Origin: Octopus bimaculoides
Taxonomy: Eukaryota
Assembly: GCF_001194135.2 (NCBI RefSeq)
Contig: NC_068987.1
Span: forward strand, 66,441,346 to 66,489,657
Direction: 5' to 3'
DNA length: 48,312 nt
Each line of letters starts with the position of its first letter. Position 1 is the first letter of the stretch. Position numbers and translations under genes: made by a program. The notes beneath the pieces are model-generated. The model made no database searches and was not told where the DNA came from. It saw only the letters and a list, made by a program, of their open reading frames with translations. This document shows positions 35,363 to 48,312 of this stretch, piece by piece.

Positions 35363-35447
35363 GTTATTAATCAGGTCACTGCCTGGGATCGAACGCAGAA
35401 TCATGGGTTAGTAGCCTGCGCTCTTAACCACTACGCCATATGCCCAC
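35099..35447 (-). mobile_element. SINE-like unit: tRNA-derived head + (AAT)n + hammerhead-containing tail
   Basis: A box TGGCGTAGTGG (35428-35438), B box GTTCGATCC (35386-35394), (AAT)n about 35283-35368, hammerhead 35187-35232, and the first T4+ run at 35090-35096. Confidence 0.75.
35187..35232 (-). ncRNA. minimal type I hammerhead ribozyme motif with canonical CUGAUGA core, slightly decayed
   Basis: 5'-GACAC CUGAUGA A GGAUG gaggguauau CAACC GAAAU GUU GUGUU-3'. Stem I GACAC/GUGUU, stem II with one A-A mismatch, GAAAU probably from GAAAC by CpG decay. Confidence 0.7.
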
Positions 35448-35462
35448 GGGTATATGGCGATT

Positions 35463-35514
<52 letters not shown>

Positions 35515-37518
35515 CTATCTATGGACACACATATACCATATGTATTATGTGTGTGTTTGTATCTAGGCAGCTAGCTATTTCTCTGTGTATTTCTGTTTCA
35601 TTTTTCTATGTATATATGTAACTCTCTACGTTTATATGTAACTCTGGTTTGTTTTTTAAGTATAACATAATTGTACATACACAAATACAGAAATTAATTC
35701 AATGGTATCTTTTACTATATTCACATGGTTAGCTGCATCGCATGTTATGTATGCGTGTACTGTAAATACAATATAAATTCAATAACGTGCTTATTATAAA
35801 AATACCTCAGACGTTAGTTAATGCTGTTTGGTTAGTCGGGAATTAAATTCAGAGACAGAGTCGAATGTTTTCACAATGAAAGGAATACTGATATGACGCA
35901 TGTGTATGCAGCATTATTATCCTTTAGTTTTAAATAAGTGTATCTTTAAAGATTACTTGTATAACTGTCTAAGAATAATAGTGTTTGACTGCTCATACTC
36001 AACGTCGATAGTAATCTGCAGAGTTATTAGTAGGTTGGTTAATATCACTCACATTTACGCTTAGTGAGAGCATCCATGAATGTCTAGGCAGACGTGTTAC
36101 TTGCATACATCGTATCCGTTACAGATTACTGCTTAACAGTTGTGGCTATAGGGAGTTTATACCTGATCAGATGAAAGTATTAGCTCTCTTAATTCTTGTA
36201 AAGCAACCCATCTTTCGCCGAACTGAACTGAAGATATTTATGCTGGAGGTCTTCTGTCCTACAAAATTCTAACAACTTCAGAAATCAATTGCCTAACATG
36301 GTTATAGTATGAGTATTATTGGGTCAGGTGGAAGCATTTCCGCACCAGAGGCTGAAGTGCTGTACTTTGGGCGGTCCGAAGTTGATGTTCATCAAGATTA
36401 GTGATTAAGAAAATGAGTTCTCTCCTCATCATTATAGCTATGATTTTAATTTATAAAACACTCTTGGCTAACTACATTAAGTATATTTTCACTTATTTTT
36501 ACTATGTAATTTTTCCTTTACTAACGTCTCTCTTCATTTCCCCAGAGATTTAATTCTAACCTATCACTGTATTAACATTTCATTTAGAATGATGATATCT
36601 AGCAAAGCTGAAACAAATCAGGAGTTAGTACCTAAATCCCAGAGTCATATTCTAACGTCTTAAAATAGAAAATTATTGTTGGTCTATTGGAGATCTATAT
36701 ATAAAAAAGAAGCATCGGGTGGTAACTTTTGGATTTTCTTTGATCATAATTCGATCTAGATTATACCGACTTAGGATTAAACATACCAACAATACAACCG
36801 CTGACAAAAGCCATAAAGCAGAAATGCACACTTACTCATCCACAATTTCTTATATACTGTTATACCCACAAAGAAAAAAGAAAATATTTATTTAAAATAA
36901 AATGGTATTTCTGATCATGCATGCACATGCGCATCATCAGTATTCTTTTGGTGCAGATTTAAGTCAAACGTTTCTATAAATGAAGTTTGCTGATTATCCA
37001 AACGGCAATAACGAACATTTGAATTGTGTTTATACTAAGCACGTTATTGCATTTATATTTGCATATCTTTGCATACATTCACATACAAGACATGTAACGT
37101 GACTATCTTTCCAGTAAACGGATGTTAGATACCGATGCATTAAAGTATATATTTATTTATGTATATATAATTATATTAGGCATAGGGAGGGAAAAGCCGA
37201 GGCACATGTATTGATCTGTAAAGATTGTGGAAGGGAAAATGGAGAAAGAAACACTGAGAGATAATAAGATATAAGTAGAGATACAAAGAAAGTATCACAT
37301 GCACTCAAGTTTGAGTGTGTTTGTGTCTTAGTGTGGGGCGTGACTGTATGTGTAAGTCTGTATGAATCTATGTATTCATCTCTGTAGGTTCTTTGATATA
37401 CATACGTACACATAAACACACATGCACACATCATCACACCTGCATGACGAAAATGCATTCTGATTTAGGAAAATGCAAGTAATTTTATGGAGTGATGCAT
37501 TAGACTATACTATAAATA

Positions 37519-37640
37519 CCAGTACTTAATATGTACTTCATTTTATCGACTTCGAAGGACAACAGCATAACTTAACTTGGAGCGAATTCAAACCAGAATG
37601 AAAGAGCCGCGAAAAGTACTGCGTGATGTTTTATCCAAAC
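37519..37640 (-). mobile_element. degenerate SINE family B fragment
   Basis: GTACTTCATTTTATCGACTTCGAAGG...GCGAATTCAAACCAGAA resembles GTACTTAATTTATCGACCCCGAAAGG...GGAATTTGAACTCTGAA at 39424-39490. Confidence 0.45.
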
Positions 37641-37714
37641 CTCAAGCTCATTCTATCCGCTGGTCAAGCACCCTATTTACATACATGCCTCCCTAATATA
37701 TGTATATATATATA

Positions 37715-37747
<33 letters not shown>

Positions 37748-38684
37748 TGGGGGTATGTATGTCTCTGTGGTGATTGCGCGCACGTAGATAGATAGATAGT
37801 TAGACACATGTTATTCTTATTTTACAAACGAGAGCAAATGGTTTACTCTGTTGATGTTTGCCGTTTGCTGGTAGATTTTTTTTTTTACCAATAAACATGT
37901 TTATAAGTTTCTAGAGGACTGATGTTCTGTGGAGAAAGATCTGGTAACAATACTTGGTGTGTTACCGGGGGATTTCGGTGCATATAAAATGACAAGAGTC
38001 AGTAAGATTTGTAAGTCGACGTGTGTAAGTGGATGAGGTACTTAACCAGCCAGCCAGGTCGTCGCAACAAAGGTCATTACAACAGTGAGAACAAACAGTG
38101 AGAATAGGCAGTTCCCATGTAAGCCAGAGACTAGAGCGTACCTTGTCTCCGGTCAGGGAACAGCTTATTTTCTGCTTTCCGTCCAATGGCAATAAAAGCC
38201 ATTAGTATCGCAGCGATATCTCTTGGATATTTTCATACACCATATTTCCATTTATCCGGCAGCATTCTGCTATATTTGGTTTTAGAAAGGTTGTTTAATC
38301 AGCAGTAGTAGTAAATGTAGTAACAACAGTATATTCAGCTCACAGATCATTATATTAATTTACCTATTTCATATAAACTGTACATTTTATCTCAGTTTTA
38401 AATCTAGTCCTGTAACAAATTATGAACACACAAGGAAGCATTTCAGTCGCTGAATTTCATTTCACTTTTTGTAAACGCAGGTGGAAAAGGTTTACGCCAT
38501 TAAAACTTCATAGTTATTTTCCCTCGCTATATCTTTTGTACTTTGCCGAACAAAAGCTATATTTTTATAATTCCGTGGTGTAACTATGACATGAAATTAG
38601 ACAAATGGAAACTCTAAATTAAAACTCATTTGCCCATGTGATGTACTTCTTATTTTAAAATAGTTGATTTTACTATTTTAAAAC

Positions 38685-39010
38685 CCACTTATTTTTATCT
38701 ATCATTCGCTTACGTCCCTAAGCAATGAAATTATTAGTATTCAAAGTCGATATTTTATAGCTTTTAAAGCCGAGAATATGTTTCACGTTAAAATAAACGA
38801 CGAAATACAGGACGTATCGCTAAAAATATATCGAGATTTTTATCGATGTAATTTAAAACTCTCTTATGTTTTGTATCATCCACCTATTTCCCTAAGCGGT
38901 GAAATATTTCTTAAGATTCAAAGTCGACATTGCATAATTTGAAGCTGAGAATGGCTCACGTTAAAATAACCGGATGAATACTGGGCTTATTGATAGAAAT
39001 TTGATTAAAA
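38685..39010. repeat. diverged tandem duplication, period about 174 bp
   Basis: CCCTAAGC..TGAAAT..ATTCAAAGTCGA..GAGAAT..TCACGTTAAAATAA occurs at 38716 and at 38890. Confidence 0.75.
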
Positions 39011-39144
39011 ATATTGCAATCGATAGATTAAGTATCATAGTAACCATTAAGCTATTTCTTTTTCATGTAGTAGTAGCAGACCTTGAGAAATATTCCCCTG
39101 GTCCTTCTATAAAAAGACGCAACTGTTAGTGAAATTGTGCAACC

Positions 39145-39338
39145 CTTTCTACTATGGAGACAAGGCCTGAAATTTGGTGGGAAGAGAGTTAGTCGATTAC
39201 ATCGACCCCAGTGCATAACTGGAACTTATTCAATCAACCCCGAAAGGATGAAAGGAAAAATCGACATCGGCGGAATTTGAACTCAGAATATATAGAACAT
39301 TCTGCCCGGCGTGCTAAGGATTTTGCTAGCTCACCGCC
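39145..39338 (-). mobile_element. tRNA-derived SINE family B, copy 1
   Basis: Minus strand reads GGCGGTGAGCTAGCA...CTGAGTTCAAATTCCGCCGATGTCGA...TTTCATCCTTTCGGGGTTGAT...GGGGTCGATGTAATCGACT. Confidence 0.85.
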
Positions 39339-39345
39339 TTAAAAT

Positions 39346-39558
39346 TCTTTTCTACTCTAGGCACAAGGCCCGAAATTTTGGGGGAGGAGGCTAGCCGATT
39401 AGATCGACCGAAGTGTGCAACTGGTACTTAATTTATCGACCCCGAAAGGATGAAAGGCAAAGTCTACCTCGGCGGAATTTGAACTCTGAACGTAAAGACA
39501 GACGAAATACCGCTAAGCATTTCGTCCTGCGAACTAACGTTTCTGCCATCTCACCATC
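39346..39558 (-). mobile_element. tRNA-derived SINE family B, copy 2
   Basis: Minus strand reads GATGGTGAGATGGCAGAAACGTTAG...GAGTTCAAATTCCGCCGAGGTAGACTTTGCCTTTCATCCTTTCGGGGTCGATAAATTAAGTACCAG. Confidence 0.88.
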
Positions 39559-39621
39559 TTAAAATTGCGCAAGCATAATATGTCTGTTTGATTTGTAGTG
39601 AGTTTGTCAGGCTTTTTTGTC

Positions 39622-39965
39622 TTTTGCTAACTTCAGTCATTGGACGGCGGCCATGTTGGAGCATTGTGACGAAGGAAATCTACCCAACTGTTTAGTTTTT
39701 AAGCCTAGCATTTACTCAATCGGTCTTTATTCGATCCGCTACGTCGTATAGACGTAAACAAAGCAAAATCCAGCTCTCAAGTGGAGAACAAACAGAAAGA
39801 CAAAGAGGAATATACATAATCATATACCATATACACGCGCACGCGCGCACACACGGACATACAAACACACAGTGGTTATACTAGAAGACACTCGCCCAAG
39901 ATGCCACGCAGTTGGACTGAATCCACAACCATACTATTGAGAAGCAAATTTCTTACTACACAGAA
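39622..39965 (-). mobile_element. old SINE family A composite copy
   Basis: Degenerate 3' half (CAGTCATTGGACGGCGGCCATGTTGGAGCA...AAGCCTAG) and head/core (TAGAAGACACTCGCCCAAGATGCCACGCAGTTGGACTGAA). Confidence 0.7.
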
Positions 39966-40199
39966 CCTTAGAATCTTAAATTAAAATATGGAAAAAAGCA
40001 TTATTAGTTGATGATGAATGATCCAGAGGGTAAAATGTACCCTCCACTTCCGGTAACTATTGAATGTGAAAATAAGTGATATAGCAATAAAACATTATAA
40101 ACAGTTTATTAGAGGTTCTCAGTTGTCTTTGCCTTGTTTTTATTGCTCTTCAGTCACACGTCTCATCTAATCAAAGAGGTTGCTAATCAAAGGCATTCC

Positions 40200-40320
40200 A
40201 GAAGTGGTAAAGTTTACAGTCATAAGGTCGTGGATTCGATTCCTGGACAGGTTGGTTCGTTGAGAAAAGTGCTTTATTTCCCGTTGTTCAAGTTTATGTA
40301 GCTGAAAATGAATACTATCC
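40200..40320 (+). mobile_element. degenerate tRNA-head SINE fragment, third family possible
   Basis: AGTGGTAAAG...GGATTCGATTCCTGG (B-box-like) followed by TTGAGAAAAGTGCTTTATTTC. Confidence 0.35.
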
Positions 40321-42864
40321 GAGTCCTACTAGAACACTTTCACTTTCCAGCTCTCACATTCTCGATGTTCCTCAGATTCATGTGTTTATGTTCACTTGCA
40401 ACTATATAGATAACTAAAACAATTAGCAAAAGTACAGGCTACAAGGTCATACAAGCTTGCCAGTGACGACTACTTCTTCTCAACTCTATACAACCACTGT
40501 CCCATTCCATTTACAATCGGTGGGATACAGAGAGAGTTTAACTAGCAAGCCCAACGACCACCTAGACAGTTTTGTGTTGTTTAGTTCGACTTAACATTAG
40601 TTTCTTTTCCGAATAAAAAGAAAGGATAATATCTTAGTTTTATTCTGTTGTGTCTAGGGAGAGTCATTTTCTTTTTGTGCCATATAATTTGACAACCTTT
40701 TCGTGAAAAGGTTGCAAGACGCAACAAAAATTTTAGGAAAATAAAAATAAGAGATAAGTGGGAATTTTAGCGGTGAGTGTGTTAAATTATAAGGCACAAA
40801 AAGAAAATGACTCTCCGCAGACACAACAGAATATGCTTCAACACACAAACTCACATAAAGAATCTTGCAAACCAAATCCAAAAACTAAATCTTAGTTTTA
40901 GTTATCCACTTTGATCTATTACTTGTTGAATAAATTTATGTATTTATATTTCTACATATTCATAAGTTGATTATACTGTTCATAAGTTGATTATACTGCT
41001 TATATAGGTTACAAGTTCACGTGTACACGTACACACTATACACACACGTACACACTAATATATGAACATATTTGTGTATGTTTAAAGACTTTGGTGGGCA
41101 CAAAAATAAGAAAAGAGTATTGTCAGTACTGAAAGTAGAGCTATATATTATATCTTAACAAATCGTTATTTCGTGTGCCTCGAAATAGAAAGTTGGTGTT
41201 TCAAATACATCCAGTCGAGATACTTGGATATCTGTACTGGGTCATATTGGATAAGACTAAAAGAAAAAAAAAACTTATTCAGTGACTTAACTGTTGACAA
41301 AAAGATAAATAAAAAGATAAGAAAAGAAGATTAAAGGAAAAACGAAAAGGAAGTTGAGAAAGATGTAGAAGAAGAGATCCAGCGTAAAAATGTATATTCA
41401 AAATAATAAAATATATAATAAATATAGCAGGTATATATAAAAAAAGACAGAATGTGACAAAGATAATTAGGAATACATGAACGAAAAAGGAAAAGAAAAT
41501 TTTGTGAAATGACGTAGAAAAATGATATTGAAGGAAAGGTAAGAAGTATAAAAGGAACGAAGTGAAATTTTCGAAACTTGAAACCAAATATGGGTGGGCT
41601 ACATGTCCACGTGGGTAAATGAAATGATATAGAAATATATATTTCAAATATCTAAATTTTTCATTGTTTGGAAACGATGATGCGTGTTACAATGTGAATA
41701 AAAACCCATAATTACTCAAAGAGAATCGAAAGTGGTCATTAGGATATAAATAAATAACAGTAAATATTTGAACGCATAACTACACAAACGTAATAATACA
41801 AATCTTTTATTTAATAAGTGATCTAGAAATGAAATGGAAATCTTGTGTTTACAATGCAAGATTCAAGAGGTCCGCGTTCATACTTGCACATAGCTATTTG
41901 CTCTACAAAACCCCATTAATTTAAATACGGTCGAAGATGATTCTTTGAAATGAAAATTTTCGGATTAAGGATTTACAACGTACTTGTGGAAAACCTTTTC
42001 TCTGAATGTTTGAAAGGAAAAAAAATAGGTTGTTAAAAGCTCATCATGAATTTGTTTTCAGTAAAGCCGGTTAAACGGAGCGCTATTGCTATGGTTTAAA
42101 TGGTATTTTCTACTAATACTTTCGAAACGCAAGTACCATCAAGACGGTAACTATTTGAAACACTATAATTAGAATTTGAGGTTCAGACATATTATTATTG
42201 ATGCTAACGACTCCTACTTAAATTGAAATTAATAATTAAATAAACAAAATAAATTAATCGTTAAAGAGTTTCTGATAAATACAGGGTTAACTACAATTTT
42301 CTATCAAATATATTAAAGTTGGTGATAATATTGTTAAATTGTAGATTAAAAATACTGCCTGTGTTGGTGCCAGACTCATACAAATGTCTAATGTTTTAAA
42401 AGCACAATTAATTGAACATTGTCATTGTGAAGTAATTGTCGATGATTTCAAAACAGTTTGTTACATTTACTCATTTAATTTCACGAAGGTTTGTCTTCTT
42501 TGCTCTTTCGACAGACGATACCTCTCTCTCAAATTTTCTCTATACTATAAAGTCTTTTCTCTCTTTTCTCTTTCTTAACAACGCACTCACAATCTCACTT
42601 ACTAATTCATTCTACAATCTCTGACTATTTTCATTTCTTATCCTTTATTTAGCGATTTCTCACAGAATTTGCCATCGCGTTATTTTCTCCATAACACCAT
42701 ACCATACCATACCAATTATATTTAAACCTTATTTCTGAAGATTGAATGAAGAAACACTAGGAAAATACTGTTCCTGCCTTTGTTCAAATTTACTATTTGT
42801 TGCCTCACTTGTATCCTACCACTGTTATACAACACTTTATAACTATTGCTTCTGTTCGCATCAT

Positions 42865-42895
<31 letters not shown>

Positions 42896-43028
42896 TCGGC
42901 GGCCTTCTTGCAGTTTTCGACAACCAAATCCACTCACAACGCTTTGACCAAAGTGCAACGCAGTCGGACTGAACCCGGAAGCATGCAGTTGGGAAGCAAG
43001 CTTGTTACCACACAGCCACTCTTGCGCC
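42865..43028 (-). mobile_element. SINE family A 5' half with an internal deletion of about 30 bp
   Basis: Minus strand begins GGCGCAAGAGTGGCTGTGTGGTAAC...GGGTTCAGTCCGACTGCG. The core segment between TTGG and TCAAAGCG is missing. (TA)n tail. Confidence 0.85.
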
Positions 43029-43046
43029 TGTATGTATGTATGTATG

Positions 43047-43090
<44 letters not shown>

Positions 43091-43519
43091 GTAAAGGATG
43101 GTGGGTAAGGCCAAAACAATGCGAAGTAAATGCAAGGTAAACCACAAGAAAACAAATATGTGAATTAATGTAGACTTCCCTTGTATTCAATATTTCGGAG
43201 TTATGACCCATTTTAAAGAAATTAACGGATGTTGCTGATGCGAGTGTGTGTGTGCATGTATGAAGTGGACATGCGCGGAAAAGTGTTGCTATAGCAAGCA
43301 GCTAGCTTCCTGTAACTCTCTTCTATTATTGATCTTAGGTTTCTTTTGGTGTATGAGGGACTACTGCAACAAGTGTGTGAATCTGAGAGGAGAATATTGT
43401 GAATAATATAATTTTCTTTTACTCAAAGCCAGGAAATTTTCGTGTGGTACATGAAATTATATATGCACACGAACACAAACACATATAAACTCATACCCAA
43501 ACACATATACACATTTATG

Positions 43520-43559
43520 CACCCCTCTTTCTTTCTTTCTTTCTTTCTTTGTTTCTTTG

Positions 43560-43590
<31 letters not shown>

Positions 43591-43673
43591 TTTTGTCTCT
43601 TTCTCTGTCTCTCTCTATATATTATACACACGTGGTCATGCGCATATACACTCAGCCACACATACTCATGCCC

Positions 43674-43706
<33 letters not shown>

Positions 43707-43742
43707 AACACACACACACAAACACACACACACACACACACT
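43520..43742. repeat. (TTTC)n and (CA)n microsatellites
   Basis: Direct reading. Confidence 0.9.
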
Positions 43743-46700
43743 TATAAAATATATAAATTATAATTTATATGTCTCAGTTATTGTAATTCATTCAGTTAGT
43801 CCAGATAATATTACACCACTTGATATACTTCTAAACTCTCGTCCGAGAAAATATCCTTATGTGTTTTATGTGTGTATGACTAAAAGTCAATCTCTATTTG
43901 AGTATCACAGTCCTTGATCTCAATGTAAATATTATCTCTCTTGCTTGTATTAGAGAAGCATGGATACGGTTTAAATTTGTAGCGAACTAAATGTCAAATA
44001 ATGTTAATATTTCGATTATTTCAATAATCTTCTGAAGACATGTCCAGCTTTTCATTTTTGAAACATAAAATAAGCACACAGTTGAAATAGATGACACTTA
44101 GAAGCAAAACTCTGGTTGGGGAAGTTTAATAAAGTTCTACAATACTACATAACGGGGATACTTACCAGAGATATGCTGAGTATATTGCTTGCTCTTCACT
44201 ACCACTCTTCTACGTTTTGATGGGAATTTTTTAAATTCCTTTTACACTTCTCCATACAACGGTAAGCGCAAATTGAGAGTGATATTTTAGAGCTATAGAA
44301 CACAAAATTCTATTTCAATTATTTCGAAAAGAAATAGTAATAAAATAGTATTACTAAAAATATAACAGATTAAACATGGCATATGATATCTTACTTCACC
44401 ATTTGTGAATTTCCGATTAGAAGTTAGCAGAAAATTGTTTGCATTAACAAGACGTGTCCTATTTAGATACACTGTATCATTACGCTCAGTTACACTATCA
44501 TTGGTTTGTTATGAAGATATCTCCTTATTGTGTAAAAGCTAACAATCATATCTTCAAATTATTATATAAGTGCCTACAGCTCAGATGACACCAGAAATAC
44601 CGAATACTAGATATAAAGAAACAGCGAAACCAGACCACTGTGAAGAAATGTCATGTACATTGAACCGTCTGATAATTGAAGAAATTTGAAAGCCATCTTG
44701 ATAATTGAAGCATTTCTATGAATCGTGATATTCCTAATCCTTCATCACTGTCAACCGCAGGCAAAATCCACGTTGGAGGAATTCTGTATGATTAATAATA
44801 AAATGCATTCAAAAACCCAGTACAAGATAATTTTCTTTCTAGCTTTAGACTAAAATGTTAGTTCGATTTCTTCCTAAACAAAGATTAAACAAAGTCTATT
44901 ACTAGAGTTTCCCAGCGTAGATCTGTTGAGTAAAGTGAGTTACATTAACCAGAAGATATGTTTATTGGGTGATGTTTCCAAGTATTAACTCGTTTAATCA
45001 TTTGTTTAATGTGTTACAAGGTGTAACCTGAGATGCGTTGAACACAGTCACTTTCAGGAATATTATGTATTCCAATGTATTCATTTCTTTTTAAAGTTAT
45101 TAACATACTGCAGTACACTTTCTTATTAAGCCTTTTTTGCGAGAATGTCTATTCAGTTCTTAACTACTCAGGGTTTGATGTGAGAGTACAATTATTCAGT
45201 GGTATATTTATTCTTCGACTTGAATCTAACTATGTATAAAGTCTCCTTTGCGTTTGTAACGCAAGCAAAGTTGTTGCTGTTTGTAATTCAGACACGTTTC
45301 TACTGTTACTACTTCTTTGTTTCTATCGTGCACGCTTGCAGTTTGGTATCTCGAACTATGACTGTTCTTGTGAGTCTATGTATTCTCATGTATTCTATGT
45401 GAGTCTATGTATTCTCGTCGTATAATTTTTTTCTGTTTTATTTTCCTTTGAATTGCATTCATCTGTTTTTACAGTAGTTTACGTGTGTTCGAGACATATT
45501 TTTTGTAGAAGGTGGGGGCATATCAGTTGCTACTTCTTTTATAATTCTTCCTTCAGTAGAAAAAAAAATCATAGTCAATCAATTGTAAAAGAAAAAAAAA
45601 ACAGCTCAGGACAGGCTTTTTTTCGTCACATTTATTGGAATAGACATCCACGTGGTCTGAAGTCCTCTGTTCGCAAAATAATCTAATAGAGAACGCTGTT
45701 GATCCAGAAAACTTGGTAAATGTCCAATTTAAGTGAAGCGGTCTCAAAGCACATCCTTTCAAGGTTACACAATAATAATATAAAAAAATAATCGTTATTA
45801 CTAGGTTAGTATTGCACCTCCTCCCACTACCCCAAACCTTACTATGATCATTATCCTAATTATTGGTGCTGCTGTTACTTCATTTTCGAGAGAGTAGAAA
45901 TACCAAACTAAATGTATCAGATAACACATAATTTAGAGATAATTCGATTTTCCTTTTGAAATAATTATCAGTAATCTCAAATACACACTAATATTCTAAC
46001 ATTTTAATGCTATTCACCGAGGGTATTTCAATTCTTCAGTCCCTATAGGGGCCCCATCATCATTTATGTTTAATCGAAAGTACGCGTTTTAGCATATATG
46101 TAATTTAATATGGTGTCGCTTATTTATAGGAATGAGAGAAAATGTGTATAAAAGAGAAGAGGTACGTTGTGCCTTCAGCAACAAGAAACGGAAAAGAAAG
46201 CATGTGGTTTCCTCTCCATTCATTTAAATAGTACATTGCTGCGTTTACTGTTATAAACGATAAGAAAAACCAACGGCACAGCCGCAATCAGTGACAAGAC
46301 ACCACCACTAGAATGTTAGTGCAAGCGGTGTTAAGGATGGCTGCGGAGACAATAGTGGTAAAAGTGTTTCGTGGCTATGAAAGCTAACACATCATTACTA
46401 CCACCAGCACCACTCGGTTAGTATAGCCACTGGTAACATCAAAAATAGCATTAACAACAAGAGCAAATGCAACATCAACATGTTCCGATTTTTTTAGTCA
46501 GAGCCACCAGATTTTTTTATTTCGTTTTTACTGCCTTAGGCAGAGAAGAACAAGAAGCCTCCTATATTTTGTCATTGTCTTTCAAGACTGGTTAGAAGAG
46601 GGCAGGAAGTTGTCTTAAGTTTGAAGGTTTGACCCGCACCTTAGCATCAGAACGTGTCTTCCTAGTAAAGGTACCCCCAAAGCCATGTTCAATCGGGTGA

Positions 46701-47673
46701 CGTGTTAGGTCACCCTCGAAAATACAACTAAAAATCGAATGAACGCAAGAAACGTAAGACAAATAGATATTATTATGACCTAGTTAAAGATTACATGTTG
46801 TTATGGTGGAGCTTATGAACAGAGGTAATGTAATGTAGTTATACAGAAAGAAGAAGAGTACAGGTTCGAGATCTAGTAACCTAATTTCTCTCACTCATGT
46901 ATATAGAGCAGTGAAGTTAAGATTCGTCGCACAATTCTATACAATGAGGCACTCCATTGTTCTGTATAATCCTCATTTACACGAAATTGCAAGTGACTTC
47001 TCTTAACTGGTTATCAGCATTATGGAGGGAGATCAACACTCTCTCTTCAGCTTGATACAATTCTTTCTAAGTAAACTGCTCAAGATCAGCTTAGATATCG
47101 AGCTCCAGATCGAATTAGGAAACGGAAAAGATTTGCGACATGAGAAATCTCCAAAACGGCACCTATTTCACGTTATGATCGTTGGTGGATGTTTCAAGCA
47201 CCCCATTGAAGAACCTTCTTCCCTCAGCAGAGGCTAAGGCAACCTAGAACCAAACCACTATAACATTAGCAATAGAAATATAATCGATATAACAACAAAG
47301 CAGTACTAATATGGTTTGCAAGAAGGATTGGAGCATGATCATGAATGGGTACATCTATCTCCGGTATGTAAGGCAGTTACTACAACAACAGTAACAACAA
47401 CAAGGGCTTTTACTAAAGCCTAAATAACGATAGGAAAAACACTTCCAAGAAGAACGCTTCAAATACAAAAGGTAAACTAAACAGTAAAACCCCAAGAAAA
47501 CAAACAAACAACAACATCTGCAACTACGATTACAATACCAAAAGTGTAGCAAATACGTCTTTACGGGAACGGTCGATTTACTAGTACTTGTTGAACAATA
47601 TCGTTCCACTACAATACCTACCCTAGGTTACTGACTGTTGCTCGCCAAGTATTTATCACCTAGACGACATCAA

Positions 47674-48312
<639 letters not shown>

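Noticed and set aside
35375-35447. Functional tRNA gene (ACT anticodon-like loop)
   Set aside because: The acceptor stem does not close and the sequence is followed by a repeat tail, so it is treated as a SINE head.
36905-36945. CTGATGA followed by a hairpin and GAAA on the minus strand
   Set aside because: The hairpin is not adjacent to GAAA, and there is no NUH or stem I closure.
40959-40998. Perfect 20-bp tandem duplication (a similar 19-bp repeat lies near 45369-45418)
   Set aside because: Ordinary slippage duplications with no further structure.

Overview
AT-rich, microsatellite-saturated animal genomic DNA with 14 assembly gaps (about 6.3 kb of N). The SINE families and repeat landscape look like Octopus, which is my inference from recalled repeat sequences. 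The only host protein-coding gene I can support is an intronless KCTD8/12/16-family gene (BTB/T1 + H1) at 7894-8652 on the minus strand. It carries the TFLEQ motif linked to GABA-B desensitisation and has no H2 domain. The rest is transposon-derived: two tRNA-derived SINE families (at least 10 copies), Tc1/mariner MITEs, a decayed hAT transposase, a Gypsy LTR element lacking RT/RNaseH but with LTRs, PBS, PPT and 5-bp TSD, a non-autonomous Helitron carrying a degenerate (TTAGGG)n array, a Penelope-like (PLE) remnant, and an uninterrupted Dong/R4-type RT fused to an (AAT)n tract at the right edge. The most notable signal is at 28.3-35.5 kb: four minimal hammerhead-ribozyme motifs in two families. 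Three have a CUGUUGA (A6U) core, two of them facing outward in a long inverted repeat. The fourth lies in a Pol III (tRNA A/B-box) unit with an (AAT)n linker. A PLE coding remnant lies among them. All alignments and folds were done by eye, and no database search was possible.
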